A DNA stretch of 49,894 nt from Nanobdellota archaeon (GTDB lineage Archaea > Nanobdellota > Nanobdellia > Woesearchaeales > SKGA01): NCBI GenBank assembly GCA_051819745.1, contig JBNJGO010000002.1, positions 8,781 through 58,674 on the forward strand. The letters run 5' to 3'. The position numbers and the translations under genes are program-made. The number at the start of each line of letters is the position of its first letter. The stretch's first letter is position 1. Shown here one piece after another: positions 29,712 through 39,643 of this stretch. The notes under the pieces were generated by a model, which saw only the letters and a list, made by a program, of their open reading frames with translations, was not told the origin of the DNA and did no database searches.

Positions 29712-31468
29712 TAGGATTCACCGTCTTGTTTTTTAGCAGATGATTCTTCGGTTTTTTCTTTTCCGATATTAGCCCACTCTTCATCGTATTGGGTGTTTTT
29801 GGAAGGGTCAAAGGACATGTCAAGAACTTCACCTCGTTTTTTTTCAAGAATAAGCTCCAGATTTTGAAGTATTTTTTCCTCATCGGCATTGTCAAAACGA
29901 AGAATTTCTTTAAGCCCTTCTGAAACGTGCGACATGTATTTTTTAATGTAACTTCGTTTTTTGAGTTCTTGATTTACACGATTCTTTTTAGCAGTATATT
30001 TTGCTAATGAACGACCTGCTTCTTGAAGTGCAAGTTTGATTTCTGATATTATTTCTGGATAATGAGCTAATGCCTCTTTGCTTTCACTGGTGAATGGAAC
30101 CCATACTGAAGATATGTGAACGACCACTGTTAATGGACCGACAGGCAAAGCTCCGGATGATTGATTGAGACCATAAGGTTTCCAATTGATTTCAGAGATT
30201 GCTTTGCTTGTAGCGCAAGCTCCTTGTTGGAATAAAAGAGGAACCCTGTTTGCAAATCTCATCACACGAGCTTGTTTGTCTTTTGGTTGATAACCACCAT
30301 ACGCTAGCGCCACTTCTATTTGGAATGGATTTCCTTTGTACACGGATGGTTTTCTTGATACTGACGCGTAAAATTCTGCATTCACTTCTTTTTTAACTCC
30401 TTTTTCCAATAAATCTTGAGTTATTGGAGAAAGACAGTCAGGAGATGGTGTTTGTATTTTTACTTTGGAGAATGCCGAAACAATATGTTGTGCATTATCA
30501 TGAGTTAGAGAAGATGGTTTTTTTGAAGGATCTATAAGTGCTATAGAGCATATTTCTTTTGCTAATTTCGAGCTTATTTTGCTGAACTCTGTTGTTAAGA
30601 ATTGTTGTAGTGATCGATGGGTTGATGATTCGAGCATTTTTGCAAGAACTCCTACTTCAACACCGTAAGGATGAGGTTTTATCTCTTGTGATTCGAATGG
30701 TTTTTGTTCGGTAGCTCGCGGAAACACAAGTTGCTCTGCTTTTGGATTGGTATATATTATGGTTACATGGGGGTTGACAACGGCTGTTTCTTTAAGATAT
30801 TCATCTACACTTTGTTTTCCACGATGGTAAAATCCTTCAAGATCTATTTGCACTCGAGTCCCGTGTTCTTTGTTCCAATTTTTTTTGTTTTGAGACATTA
30901 TTTCTGGTTTGTTGGCACCAGTGTCTATTCTTAACGAATATACGTTTGCTTGATCATCACCTTCAACTTTCGAAGTTATTTTTGCAGGTCGCCCTGTGGT
31001 GAGTTGACCATACATGACACTCGCACTAATACCAATACCTTGTTGTCCTCGACTTTGTTTCAAGCTGTGAAACTTACTTCCGTAAAGAAGTTTTGCAAAT
31101 ATTTTTGGTATTTGTTTTTTTACAATACCTGGACCATTGTCTTCGACGATAATTCGAAAACGATCAGAGTCCATATCTATTATTTCAACTATTATTTCTG
31201 GCAATATTCCTGCTTCTTCGCAAGCGTCAATCGAATTATCTACTGCTTCTTTTATTGTTGTAAGGAGTGCTTTTCGTTTATTGTCAAATCCTAATAAGTG
31301 TCTGTTTCTAGCGAAGAATTCAGCCACACCAATATCTCGTTGTTTCGAGGCCATGTGTTGGGCGTGATTTTTCCCTTTTGAAGAGTTGTTTGAAGAGTGT
31401 TTGTTTGTTGAATCTTTTGATGATGTGGTACTTGTTAATGTTTCTTGTGTTGATTTTTCAGAACTCAT
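29711..31468 (-). CDS. top6B: DNA topoisomerase VI subunit B
   Basis: 585 aa; Bergerat-fold motifs EAVDNSIDACEEAG, DNGPGI, GQQGIGIS; Ser/Thr/Lys-rich N-terminal extension. Confidence 0.93.
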   Translation of the reverse strand: MSSEKSTQETLTSTTSSKDSTNKHSSNNSSKGKNHAQHMASKQRDIGVAEFFARNRHLLGFDNKRKALLTTIKEAVDNSIDACEEAGILPEIIVEIIDMDSDRFRIIVEDNGPGIVKKQIPKIFAKLLYGSKFHSLKQSRGQQGIGISASVMYGQLTTGRPAKITSKVEGDDQANVYSLRIDTGANKPEIMSQNKKNWNKEHGTRVQIDLEGFYHRGKQSVDEYLKETAVVNPHVTIIYTNPKAEQLVFPRATEQKPFESQEIKPHPYGVEVGVLAKMLESSTHRSLQQFLTTEFSKISSKLAKEICSIALIDPSKKPSSLTHDNAQHIVSAFSKVKIQTPSPDCLSPITQDLLEKGVKKEVNAEFYASVSRKPSVYKGNPFQIEVALAYGGYQPKDKQARVMRFANRVPLLFQQGACATSKAISEINWKPYGLNQSSGALPVGPLTVVVHISSVWVPFTSESKEALAHYPEIISEIKLALQEAGRSLAKYTAKKNRVNQELKKRSYIKKYMSHVSEGLKEILRFDNADEEKILQNLELILEKKRGEVLDMSFDPSKNTQYDEEWANIGKEKTEESSAKKQDGES

Positions 31469-31621
31469 TGAAAAAAGTCAGTTAATATCTTCTTTTAAAT
31501 ATTTCTATCCTTGAAGTAACACATGCAAGTATAATATCTTGTGTTATAAGAGCATAGAAAGAAAAAAAATAGAATAAAATAAAATCAAGCAATATACTTT
31601 CTTATATGAACTAGTGAATTC

Positions 31622-32470
31622 TCATTCATCTTGTATACAATACAGGGGTTTTTCATCAGGAGGTAACAGAGAGCACGCTTGTGTATGACCGTTTGTTGCA
31701 AGAGAAAGCAAGCATTCTTTTTCTCGAGAAGGTGAAACTATATATTGACATGCTTGTGTTGAATTATAATCATGCGCGAGTTCGGTCAGACAAAGAGACC
31801 TATGATGACTTGAAGATAGTTGATCGCAGTAATCCATCGCAGTTTCAATGGAATTTGATTGAAGCGCATCCGCAAATAATTGTGATGATTGCTTTGGTAA
31901 GGGTTCAAATTCGGAGGTGTTGTCAGCTGAGCTTGAGTTGTTTTCAGATGGAAAAGTAGTTGATGATGATTCAGCAGAGTATGTGTTGTTTTGAGATTGT
32001 GTCATACTCGTATCATCATCGAGAGGAGTAGCGTCTAGAATTGATTGTGCGAAAAATATACCTATAACTGCCAACAATAATAAGATAACTGATGTGAACA
32101 TAATTGTTTTTTTTCGAGGTGATTTTAACGTTGGAAGCGAAAGAGTTCCCTTATAGTGATCTTTATTTATTCTTGAAAAAGTTGTTTGAATGGTTTTAGT
32201 ATCGTAACCTTGGGAGTCGAGAGTTTGAGCAATGTTTTGAGGAGTATATCCTCGCTCCAGCATCGATAGAATATAAGTGTAGAGTTGTTCAGAGAGGGTT
32301 TCTTGATGATGGTATGTTCGTTTACCTGAAGAGTAAGAACTCGCTGCTTTGTGGATGCTTGCTTGTATGACGGTGGAAGAATATCCTTGTGATAAGAGAT
32401 AAGATTCTATTTGAGAAACTGTATATCCTTGTTCCAACATATCATGTATATATACTGTCAGGGAATCCAT
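31622..32470 (-). CDS. Hypothetical single-pass membrane protein with duplicated N-terminal motif
   Basis: 282 aa; MLEQGYTVSQIESYLLSQGYSSTVIQASI and MLERGYTPQNIAQTLDSQGYDTKTIQTTF repeats, TM (IMFTSVILLLLAVIGIFFA), Ser-rich linker, Cys-containing C-terminus. Confidence 0.6.
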   Translation of the reverse strand: MDSLTVYIHDMLEQGYTVSQIESYLLSQGYSSTVIQASIHKAASSYSSGKRTYHHQETLSEQLYTYILSMLERGYTPQNIAQTLDSQGYDTKTIQTTFSRINKDHYKGTLSLPTLKSPRKKTIMFTSVILLLLAVIGIFFAQSILDATPLDDDTSMTQSQNNTYSAESSSTTFPSENNSSSADNTSEFEPLPKQSSQLFADALQSNSIETAMDYCDQLSSSHHRSLCLTELAHDYNSTQACQYIVSPSREKECLLSLATNGHTQACSLLPPDEKPLYCIQDE

Positions 32471-32698
32471 CTCACAACCTCTTTTTTGAAAAATCTAAAA
32501 ACCACATATACGTTCAAAACAAATCTTGTTGTCTTGAAAAAGATAGTATATTATTTTACTGTGAGAGTGAAACCTATTTAAATCTTATCATGAAAGGACC
32601 TTGTCCAGAAAAAACACTCACATATAACAAAGAAAAAAATTGAAAGAAAATTCACTCAATAATTGGAATAAAAATACTGTATATGATGTCGGGTCCAA

Positions 32699-33241
32699 TT
32701 ATAATTCCATTTGCCGTTCAATACGCCATTGCTTGTGTTGACGTTCAAGCATCTTAAACACTGAAGAATGAGGACTTCCTTTAAGAAGAGAATCAACTGC
32801 TCTTTTTGAGACTTCAACATTATCGCAAAATCCGACTATAGCAATTGTTTTTCCATACACGCTAATATTTGTATCGGTAAGATGTTCTATTGTCTCTCTG
32901 GATTTACCGTTTTTACCAATAATTCTTCCTTTGAGTCTAACAAAATGATTTTTTTCTTTAGCATAATCATTCATAGTGAGTATTTCGAGAATATAATCTG
33001 GTTTGAAAAGTCTAACAGCAATTTCAGGATTAAAACCTCTTCCTATTGCTTTGATAACGTCTTTAAGTTGAAAAAGAAGTACTGAATCAGTTCCTTGAAT
33101 ACGAATATCTCCTTCTTGCGAGTCAACAAAAATGTTTGATTTTGATTGTTCTTCTAGTTCGTCCTTGACAGCACCCTCTTTACCTATAATTACAGCAATC
33201 CGGTCTTTAGGAATTTTGAGTTGATAGGAGTATTCTTCCAT
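32699..33241 (-). CDS. KH-domain RNA-binding protein (Dim2/Pno1-like)
   Basis: 180 aa; two KH GxxG loops: IGKEGAVKDELE and IGKNGKSRETIEHL. Confidence 0.8.
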   Translation of the reverse strand: MEEYSYQLKIPKDRIAVIIGKEGAVKDELEEQSKSNIFVDSQEGDIRIQGTDSVLLFQLKDVIKAIGRGFNPEIAVRLFKPDYILEILTMNDYAKEKNHFVRLKGRIIGKNGKSRETIEHLTDTNISVYGKTIAIVGFCDNVEVSKRAVDSLLKGSPHSSVFKMLERQHKQWRIERQMEL

Positions 33242-33361
33242 GAAGGGTAAGGGAACACACCTTTATTTTTAAAGGTTGTTGTGATGAGGACTCCTCCAAA
33301 GAGCGTATTTTGGACGAAAGCTTTAAATACTAATATCGTTGAATCAAGAGATAGGTGTACG

Positions 33362-33940
33362 ATGGCAACAACTGTTTTGGGCAACGCGATTGATTTTTTG
33401 GCTAGTATCGGGATTTACGACATTATTTTGCCGTTTCTTCTGGTATTCACATTATTATTTGCGTTCCTTGAAAAAACAAGGATTCTTGGAGTCGAAATCG
33501 TTACTGATAAGTCTGGTGAAGAACATACCTTTACAAGAAAGAATCTTAATAGTATTGTCGCATTCACAGCGGCTTTTTTTGTCATCGCATCAAGTCAGTT
33601 GGTGCGTATTATCAGCGAAGTACTTGCAAACACTATAATTCTTATTGTTGCGGGAGTATCATTCATGCTCGCAGCAGGTGTTATTCACACTGGCAATGAA
33701 GAGATGAAGCTAACCGGTAAATGGGAGAAAGGATATAAGATATTTAGTCTCGTGGGTATAGGGCTTATTTTGCTTAATGCTCTCGGGTGGCTCGATAAGA
33801 TATATCAATTCCTCATCACACATTGGGATAGTAATTATTTTTCAATTATTATTTTTGTCGGATTATTTGGTTGGTTCATGTATTGGATAACGTCATCAAA
33901 CAGTAAAGTTAAATCAGGCGATGATGATTCTGACGATTAA
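33362..33940 (+). CDS. Hypothetical 4-TM membrane protein, paralog family M (M1)
   Basis: Start placed at MATTVLG; IGIYDIILPFLLVFTLLFAFLEKT motif shared with M2; acidic C-terminal tail. Confidence 0.65.
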   Translation: MATTVLGNAIDFLASIGIYDIILPFLLVFTLLFAFLEKTRILGVEIVTDKSGEEHTFTRKNLNSIVAFTAAFFVIASSQLVRIISEVLANTIILIVAGVSFMLAAGVIHTGNEEMKLTGKWEKGYKIFSLVGIGLILLNALGWLDKIYQFLITHWDSNYFSIIIFVGLFGWFMYWITSSNSKVKSGDDDSDD

Positions 33941-34008
33941 CAAGCAATATTATTTAAATCATAAAAAAATACAATATTATAATAACAAAAAGCGTGAGGC
34001 GATAAAAC

Positions 34009-34620
34009 ATGTACGGTGCACAAAATTTAATTCAAACTATGCAAGGTTATGGGATATTTGATGTTATACTTCCATTTATACTGATATTCACAATAGTGTT
34101 TGCAGTTCTTGAGAAGATTAAATTATTATCAAAAGAGGATGGTCGAAACAGAAAGTATTCTTCCATGATAGCTTTGGTTATGTCGATGTCTGTTATCGTG
34201 CAACACGTTCTTGGTTATGGATCGCGGTTTTTTGGTGGGGAAAGTGTTGTTACTATCATCAATAACGCGCTTCCTCAAGTGAGTTTGCTTCTTGTCGCGA
34301 TTGTTATGATGCTTCTTACTATAGGATTGTGGACTGGTAAACGTGCTGATGGTTCGAAAGGAGCAGGAGCATGGTTTACGTTAATTTCAGCTGCTTTAGT
34401 GGTTATTATTTTTGTCGCTTCAATAGGTTGGTGGAACGCGCCCTATTGGCTTACAGGGCTTCTTAATAGTCAAGTAATAGCTTTAGTTATTGCAATACTT
34501 ATTTTCGGTCTTATTATAAAGTGGATTAGTTCGCCTGAGAAAAAAGATAAAGACAAGAAGAAAGATAATAAAGCTATGGAAAATTTCAAGGAATTTTTAG
34601 GTGGAGATGGCGACAAATAA
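34009..34620 (+). CDS. Hypothetical 4-TM membrane protein, paralog family M (M2)
   Basis: YGIFDVILPFILIFTIVFAVLEKI is closely parallel to M1; Lys/Asp-rich C-terminal tail. Confidence 0.7.
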   Translation: MYGAQNLIQTMQGYGIFDVILPFILIFTIVFAVLEKIKLLSKEDGRNRKYSSMIALVMSMSVIVQHVLGYGSRFFGGESVVTIINNALPQVSLLLVAIVMMLLTIGLWTGKRADGSKGAGAWFTLISAALVVIIFVASIGWWNAPYWLTGLLNSQVIALVIAILIFGLIIKWISSPEKKDKDKKKDNKAMENFKEFLGGDGDK

Positions 34621-34639
34621 ATTCGAGGTGTGTATGTAG

Positions 34640-35296
34640 ATGACAAGTTTTGCTGATTTGACGGTAATGCAACATTTTTCAGGAGTGTTCATCTTTTTTT
34701 TGGTGTTTGTAGTTGTATATGCGTTGCTTCAGATGACAAAACTGTTTAAAGGTGTTGAAGGTTCGAAAGGAATTTATGCTATCGTCTCAGTTGTTATCGC
34801 TTTTATTGCAACATTATCGCAAGGAATCACAGATATTCTTTCGACCATGACACCATGGTTTGTTGTTCTCATCATCTTTTTGTTTCTTGTCGTTTTCGTT
34901 CTTAAAATATTTTCAGGATCAGAAAGCGAGGGGTTTGCTTCGGTTTTGAGTGAGAATAAAGCCGTTACATGGGTTCTTGTTGGAGTGTTTGTTATTATAC
35001 TTATTGTTTCAATAACATCAAACACCACACCAAATACCCAACAGCAAATTCCTGGTTCGACCAACAACACATCTGAACAACAAGTAGTCCAAACAACTAA
35101 TCCTGGTCAAGGACAACCAAATACCATTACAGTCACAAACACCGTGGATGAACAATCGACATCCTCGCAGTCAAGTTCCTCTTCGACAGGTCACGATGTT
35201 TTAAAGACTATTTTACATCCTCAGATGCTTGGAGTGTTATTATTGCTTTTCATCGCAGGGTTTACAATACTTTTACTCACAAGATCAAATCAATAA
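34640..35296 (+). CDS. Hypothetical membrane protein, distant paralog (M3) with Ser/Thr/Gln-rich loop
   Basis: SGVFIFFLVFVVVYALLQMTKLF lies at the same position as the M1/M2 motif; low-complexity TPNTQQQ...SSSSS segment; C-terminal TM. Confidence 0.6.
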   Translation: MTSFADLTVMQHFSGVFIFFLVFVVVYALLQMTKLFKGVEGSKGIYAIVSVVIAFIATLSQGITDILSTMTPWFVVLIIFLFLVVFVLKIFSGSESEGFASVLSENKAVTWVLVGVFVIILIVSITSNTTPNTQQQIPGSTNNTSEQQVVQTTNPGQGQPNTITVTNTVDEQSTSSQSSSSSTGHDVLKTILHPQMLGVLLLLFIAGFTILLLTRSNQ

Positions 35297-35343
35297 TCAA
35301 CAGTTGTATGTTAAAAATCATTTTTTATAAGAGGTGAATCCAT

Positions 35344-35799
35344 ATGAATTATAATCAAAACGGACAAAATCAAGGGCAACAAACAATGCCACCCCCTCCA
35401 GGTTCTCCACAAAATAAAAATAATACTCAAGGACAAGAGATGCCAGGAGCAGATCAAGTTTCTAATGAAGAGCTTATTGAAGCAATCATTGATGAAAAGT
35501 GGCGTGAATTGGAAAAAGATATTCAGAAAATTATTGATTGGAAAAATAATACTGAAAAACGTATTACAACCATGGAGGAAAAAGTTACTTCTATAAAACA
35601 AGATTTTGATAAGCTTCATGAAAATATTCTTGGTAAAGTAGGTTCGTATGATGAGCACATTCAAAATGTTCATAGCGAGTTAAAAGCGATGGAACAAGTG
35701 TTTGCTAAAGTACTCCCTGTATTTACTGAGAAGGTGAATGAGTTATCAAATATTTCAGACACTATGAAATCAACCTTGGATTCTAAGAATTCAGAGTGA
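35344..35799 (+). CDS. Hypothetical coiled-coil protein with Gln/Asn/Pro-rich N-terminus
   Basis: 151 aa; GAGGTG SD; heptad-like region EELIEAIIDEKWRELEKDIQKII... Confidence 0.55.
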   Translation: MNYNQNGQNQGQQTMPPPPGSPQNKNNTQGQEMPGADQVSNEELIEAIIDEKWRELEKDIQKIIDWKNNTEKRITTMEEKVTSIKQDFDKLHENILGKVGSYDEHIQNVHSELKAMEQVFAKVLPVFTEKVNELSNISDTMKSTLDSKNSE

Positions 35800-35808
35800 A
35801 AAGAAATT

Positions 35809-36324
35809 TTAGTCGTTGATAATTGGTGCTTCACTATCTGTGTTGGATGGATTATTTTTATTATTATTTTGTTGATTTTTTTTAGAAGAGGTAGTTTCGA
35901 ATTGTTTTCTTAGAAATGCATTAAGTTCGTCTCTAGTCACAAAATCCATTGGATTCCAGAAGCCAACATAATTTTTGAGGGTGTTGAATTCTGTCCTTGG
36001 AGTGAAATGTTGTATTTCATCAGAAAGGAGCGTGAGTTTTTCATTGACCTCTTTGATCATTTTTTTGAGCTCTAGAATGTCATCATTGATAAGACGGAGT
36101 TCTTTTTGAGATTCTTTTTCTAGATCAATAATATTTTGTTCTGAAAGGCGTGTTTTTTTTCTGACAATAATATATCGTTCTTCAAGAATTTTCATTCTCG
36201 TCGCAACATCATTAATTGATTGTTGGGGCGTGGCAAAACGAGATTGTTGAGATCCTTTATGTTTTTGTACGTGTTTTTTTGGATCCGGTTGGTTTGGGAA
36301 TAATTGTGGATTTGAATCTGGCAT
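35809..36324 (-). CDS. Hypothetical coiled-coil protein
   Basis: 171 aa; basic/polar N-terminus, then MKILEERYIIVRKKTRLSEQNIIDLEKESQKELRLINDDILELKKMIKEVNEKL. Confidence 0.5.
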   Translation of the reverse strand: MPDSNPQLFPNQPDPKKHVQKHKGSQQSRFATPQQSINDVATRMKILEERYIIVRKKTRLSEQNIIDLEKESQKELRLINDDILELKKMIKEVNEKLTLLSDEIQHFTPRTEFNTLKNYVGFWNPMDFVTRDELNAFLRKQFETTSSKKNQQNNNKNNPSNTDSEAPIIND

Positions 36325-36397
36325 TCACTCACCTCGTAGTAATAAAGATAATCGTCATATAAATATGTTGCGACTGATAAATCGTGCTTGACAAGCA

Positions 36398-38086
36398 TTA
36401 GTCCTTTGAAAGTGAAATTCCTAATTCTTTAAGTTGAGAATCTGTAACTTCGCTAGGTGCTTGTAACATCAGATCTTCCGCATCCTTGTTTTTTGGAAAT
36501 GCAATTACTTCTCGAATATTTGGCATTCCCGCCAGCAACATGATCATCCTGTCAAGTCCGAATGCTATCCCTCCATGTGGCGGAGCCCCATATTGGAATG
36601 CGTCAAGCATGAATCCGAATTTCTTCCGCTGTTCTTCTTGCGATATTCCTAACGCGCTAAATACTTGTTCTTGGAGTTCTTTTGAATGAATCCGAATACT
36701 CCCTCCTCCAAGTTCAAAGCCGTTTAAAGTTAAGTCATATGCTTTTGCTTTTGCTTGTTCGGGATGTGATTTTAAAAGAGAAATACTATCGTCTTGAGGG
36801 CTTGTAAAGGGATGGTGGATGGCTACGTAACGATTGTCTTCTTCACTCCATTCAAGAAGCGGGAAGTCAGTCACCCATACGAATTGCCACTCGTCTTTTT
36901 TGATAAGATTACACTGTTCTCCTAATTCTAATCGTAGTGCACCCAAACTTTCCTCAACAACACGAGTCGTGTCTGCAATGAAAAATAGATGGTCGCCATC
37001 TTCAAGTTCAAATGGTGGTTGGTCAATGAATTTTGAAATGCCACCTTGCAGGGTTCCGTCTTGTTGTTTACACCAAGCAAGACCTTTTGCTCCATAAATA
37101 TTTACTTTCTTTGTAAATCGGTCAATGTCTTTTCTGGAGAAATCATGAGATATTCGTAATGCACGTATGCATTCAGCTTGTTGGAATATTTTGAAATCTG
37201 TTGATTTCGCCCATGAAGTCACATCTTCTATTGGAAGGTCGAAACGTAAATCAGGTTTATCACTACCGTATTTAAGCATCGCTTGATCGTAGGTAAGTCG
37301 TTTGAAGGGTGTTTTCAGGGATATTCCTTTGACTGTTTTCCACACATGAACAATTAAGTCTTCTATGAGAGAATAAATATCTTCTTCATCGACAAAGCTT
37401 AGTTCCATATCTATTTGTGTGAATTCTGGTTGACGATCGGCTCTAAGATCTTCATCTCGAAAACATTTGACAATTTGCATGTAACGATCAATTCCTGAGA
37501 CTTGGAATAATTGCTTGTATATTTGCGGACTTTGAGGAAGTGCGAAGAAGTTTCCTTTATTCACTCTGCTTGGGACAAGATAATCTCTTGCTCCTTCAGG
37601 AGTGCTTTTTCCAAGAACAGGTGTTTCTATTTCTATAAATTGTTTTGAATCGAGAAAGTCCCTGACTGCTTTGATGGTCTTGTGTCGTAAGAGAAGATTG
37701 TTTTTCATCTTTTCAGTTCTCAAGTCAAGATATCTATAGGTGAGTCTTGTTTCTTCTGTTGTTTCTGGATTATTTGGATCGAGAGGGAGTGGTTTTGCGT
37801 TATTTAATAGTTTGAAAGTGTCGGCGTGTAATTCGATATCCCCTGTTTCTAGTTCTTTGTTTGGTTCGGGTTTTGTTGAAACAGTTCCAGTGACCTGTAT
37901 GACAGAATGTCTTGTTGGAAGTTGTTGTGGTTTATTGAGTGTTACTTGAGTTATACCATAACGATCTTTTAGGTCAATAAATGTTAGTGATCCGTGTGTT
38001 CGAATCGTGTGAACCCATCCTGCTAGGGTTATTGTTGTCCCTTCATGTTCTTTTCGTAGTTCTCCGCATGTGTGTGTTCTATACAT
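36398..38086 (-). CDS. aspS: Aspartyl-tRNA synthetase, bacterial type (with GAD insertion domain)
   Basis: 562 aa; CFRDEDLRADRQPEFTQIDMELSF (motif 2), YGSDKPDLRF, FVWVTDFPLLEW, HHPFTSP, GGGSIRIH, GAPPHGGIAFGLDR (motif 3), IAFPK. Confidence 0.95.
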   Translation of the reverse strand: MYRTHTCGELRKEHEGTTITLAGWVHTIRTHGSLTFIDLKDRYGITQVTLNKPQQLPTRHSVIQVTGTVSTKPEPNKELETGDIELHADTFKLLNNAKPLPLDPNNPETTEETRLTYRYLDLRTEKMKNNLLLRHKTIKAVRDFLDSKQFIEIETPVLGKSTPEGARDYLVPSRVNKGNFFALPQSPQIYKQLFQVSGIDRYMQIVKCFRDEDLRADRQPEFTQIDMELSFVDEEDIYSLIEDLIVHVWKTVKGISLKTPFKRLTYDQAMLKYGSDKPDLRFDLPIEDVTSWAKSTDFKIFQQAECIRALRISHDFSRKDIDRFTKKVNIYGAKGLAWCKQQDGTLQGGISKFIDQPPFELEDGDHLFFIADTTRVVEESLGALRLELGEQCNLIKKDEWQFVWVTDFPLLEWSEEDNRYVAIHHPFTSPQDDSISLLKSHPEQAKAKAYDLTLNGFELGGGSIRIHSKELQEQVFSALGISQEEQRKKFGFMLDAFQYGAPPHGGIAFGLDRMIMLLAGMPNIREVIAFPKNKDAEDLMLQAPSEVTDSQLKELGISLSKD

Positions 38087-38090
38087 AATT

Positions 38091-38711
38091 TTACCTCTTG
38101 GCCCTGTTCATTGCAATATCATATCGTATTTGTTGAACTTTATGAAGTTGATATTTGATGCTTTCTATTTTTTTACGAAATTCTCCACTCCTAAAATTGA
38201 ATTGTAAGAATAATTCATTAAGCTCGTCAATGACAGCATATATTGGAGTTATGTTTTCAAATTCTTCGTTTGTCGCATATAATAGGGCTTTTCGAGCTAG
38301 TTCTCCAGGTAAGTCACAAAGCCCCAGTAAATATTTTTCTTGAGGTATAATAAAAGATAATCCTAATTGTTCGCGAGTAGGAATCGTCTGATCGTTAAGA
38401 AATTGATAATACGCTTTTGCTTCAACAAATTCTTCCATGCATGCAGAAAGCGAACCCACTGTTTGTAATTGTGATTGTTCAATTATTGTATTTGCATCAT
38501 CTAGAGATTGTTGTGCATTTGAAAGTAGTTGTTTAGCAGTTTGAAAATCGTCTCTGTGAAGAGAGTGGATGGCTCTTTTTGATTGTTGTTGTATTTGACG
38601 AGAACTGTTGATAATGTATTCTCTGTCCTTTTCAGATTGGTCTATTGATTCCTTGATTATTGATAGTTCTTTTTTGAGTGAATCGAGTTGTAAAGAGTTA
38701 TTTGAAGCCAT
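38091..38711 (-). CDS. Translin-family protein (COG2178-like)
   Basis: 206 aa all-helical; YLLGLCDLPGELARKAL resembles the translin-family GL.D..GEL.R signature. Confidence 0.55.
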   Translation of the reverse strand: MASNNSLQLDSLKKELSIIKESIDQSEKDREYIINSSRQIQQQSKRAIHSLHRDDFQTAKQLLSNAQQSLDDANTIIEQSQLQTVGSLSACMEEFVEAKAYYQFLNDQTIPTREQLGLSFIIPQEKYLLGLCDLPGELARKALLYATNEEFENITPIYAVIDELNELFLQFNFRSGEFRKKIESIKYQLHKVQQIRYDIAMNRAKR

Positions 38712-38737
38712 CGTAACAGATATTGGTATGAGTTTAT

Positions 38738-39466
38738 TTATAAAATCTCGGGTGTTGTTCGACCAGTTATTTTTTCAAAATAAGGTTCTGGAGCAAGATA
38801 AATACCTTGTTTTTTGAAGTAGATACAGATATTTTTAAGATCTCGGTACAGAAGTTCGTCTGCTTGGTTTGAAGAGGTTGGTGTTGATTGTGAAAAATCA
38901 ATGAAAACAGGTTGTTGTGCTTCGACAAGAATGTTAAAGGCGGAAAGATCTCCATGAACTAATCCTTTGGCATACAAGTCGGTTATTTTCTCAATAATTA
39001 AGTCAAAAAATCCTTGTGGATCGTCTAATGAAGTGTTTTTTAGTTGTGGTGCCGGGTTTTTGTCATCTTGAACGTATTCCATGATAATAATATTATCCTT
39101 GAAATGATATGGTATTGGAACTCTAATACATTCTCGTGCTAGTTGCAGGTTACGATATTCTCGTCGAGTCCATTCAAATATGACTCTTCGTTTGCTTCCT
39201 TTGAGAAGGTCGTATCGAGGATCTTGCGAGATATAAGAATACATTTTGTTAAAATCACAATTTTCCAAACGATATATCTTCAAGACCACTAAATTGTCTT
39301 CTTTTGTTCTCGCTAGAAAAATGTTCGCTTCTTTTCCCAGAGCAAGAGAAACTTCTAATTCTTCAAAATGACCTTGTGCAGATAGTTTTTGAAGGTTTTT
39401 GATAGTGTGTGAGTCAAAGACTCCAGCGTATGTTTTCCATTCCTCCCTGGATCTGTTAATAACCAT
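38738..39466 (-). CDS. rio1: RIO-type serine/threonine protein kinase (Rio1-like)
   Basis: 242 aa; LALGKEANIFLA, VVLKIYR, LVHGDLSAFNILV, FIDFSQS; no N-terminal wHTH, so Rio1-like rather than Rio2. Confidence 0.88.
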   Translation of the reverse strand: MVINRSREEWKTYAGVFDSHTIKNLQKLSAQGHFEELEVSLALGKEANIFLARTKEDNLVVLKIYRLENCDFNKMYSYISQDPRYDLLKGSKRRVIFEWTRREYRNLQLARECIRVPIPYHFKDNIIIMEYVQDDKNPAPQLKNTSLDDPQGFFDLIIEKITDLYAKGLVHGDLSAFNILVEAQQPVFIDFSQSTPTSSNQADELLYRDLKNICIYFKKQGIYLAPEPYFEKITGRTTPEIL

Positions 39467-39643
39467 AATATGTTATAAACAAGACGTTATTTAAAAAACA
39501 CGCGTTTTAGAGTTGGGAAAAAAAATAGTTAAGAGAAAAAGCAAGGTAAGGATTTGAACGTTACGAACCTGAGATTAACCAAAAACGACAGTGACAACGC
39601 CAAGAAGAGGTGAAAATCCCATAAACAAGAAAAAACAAGGAAG

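Noticed and set aside
39545-39580. tRNA-like fragment (minus strand ...GTAACGTTCAAATCCTTACC...) just beyond the 3' end of tRNA-Phe, considered as a possible att-site remnant
   Set aside because: Only the T-loop consensus GTTCAAATCC is shared. The T-stem pairs 4 of 5 at best, there is no acceptor or anticodon arm, and it is not a duplicate of the tRNA-Phe 3' end. This is too weak to call.
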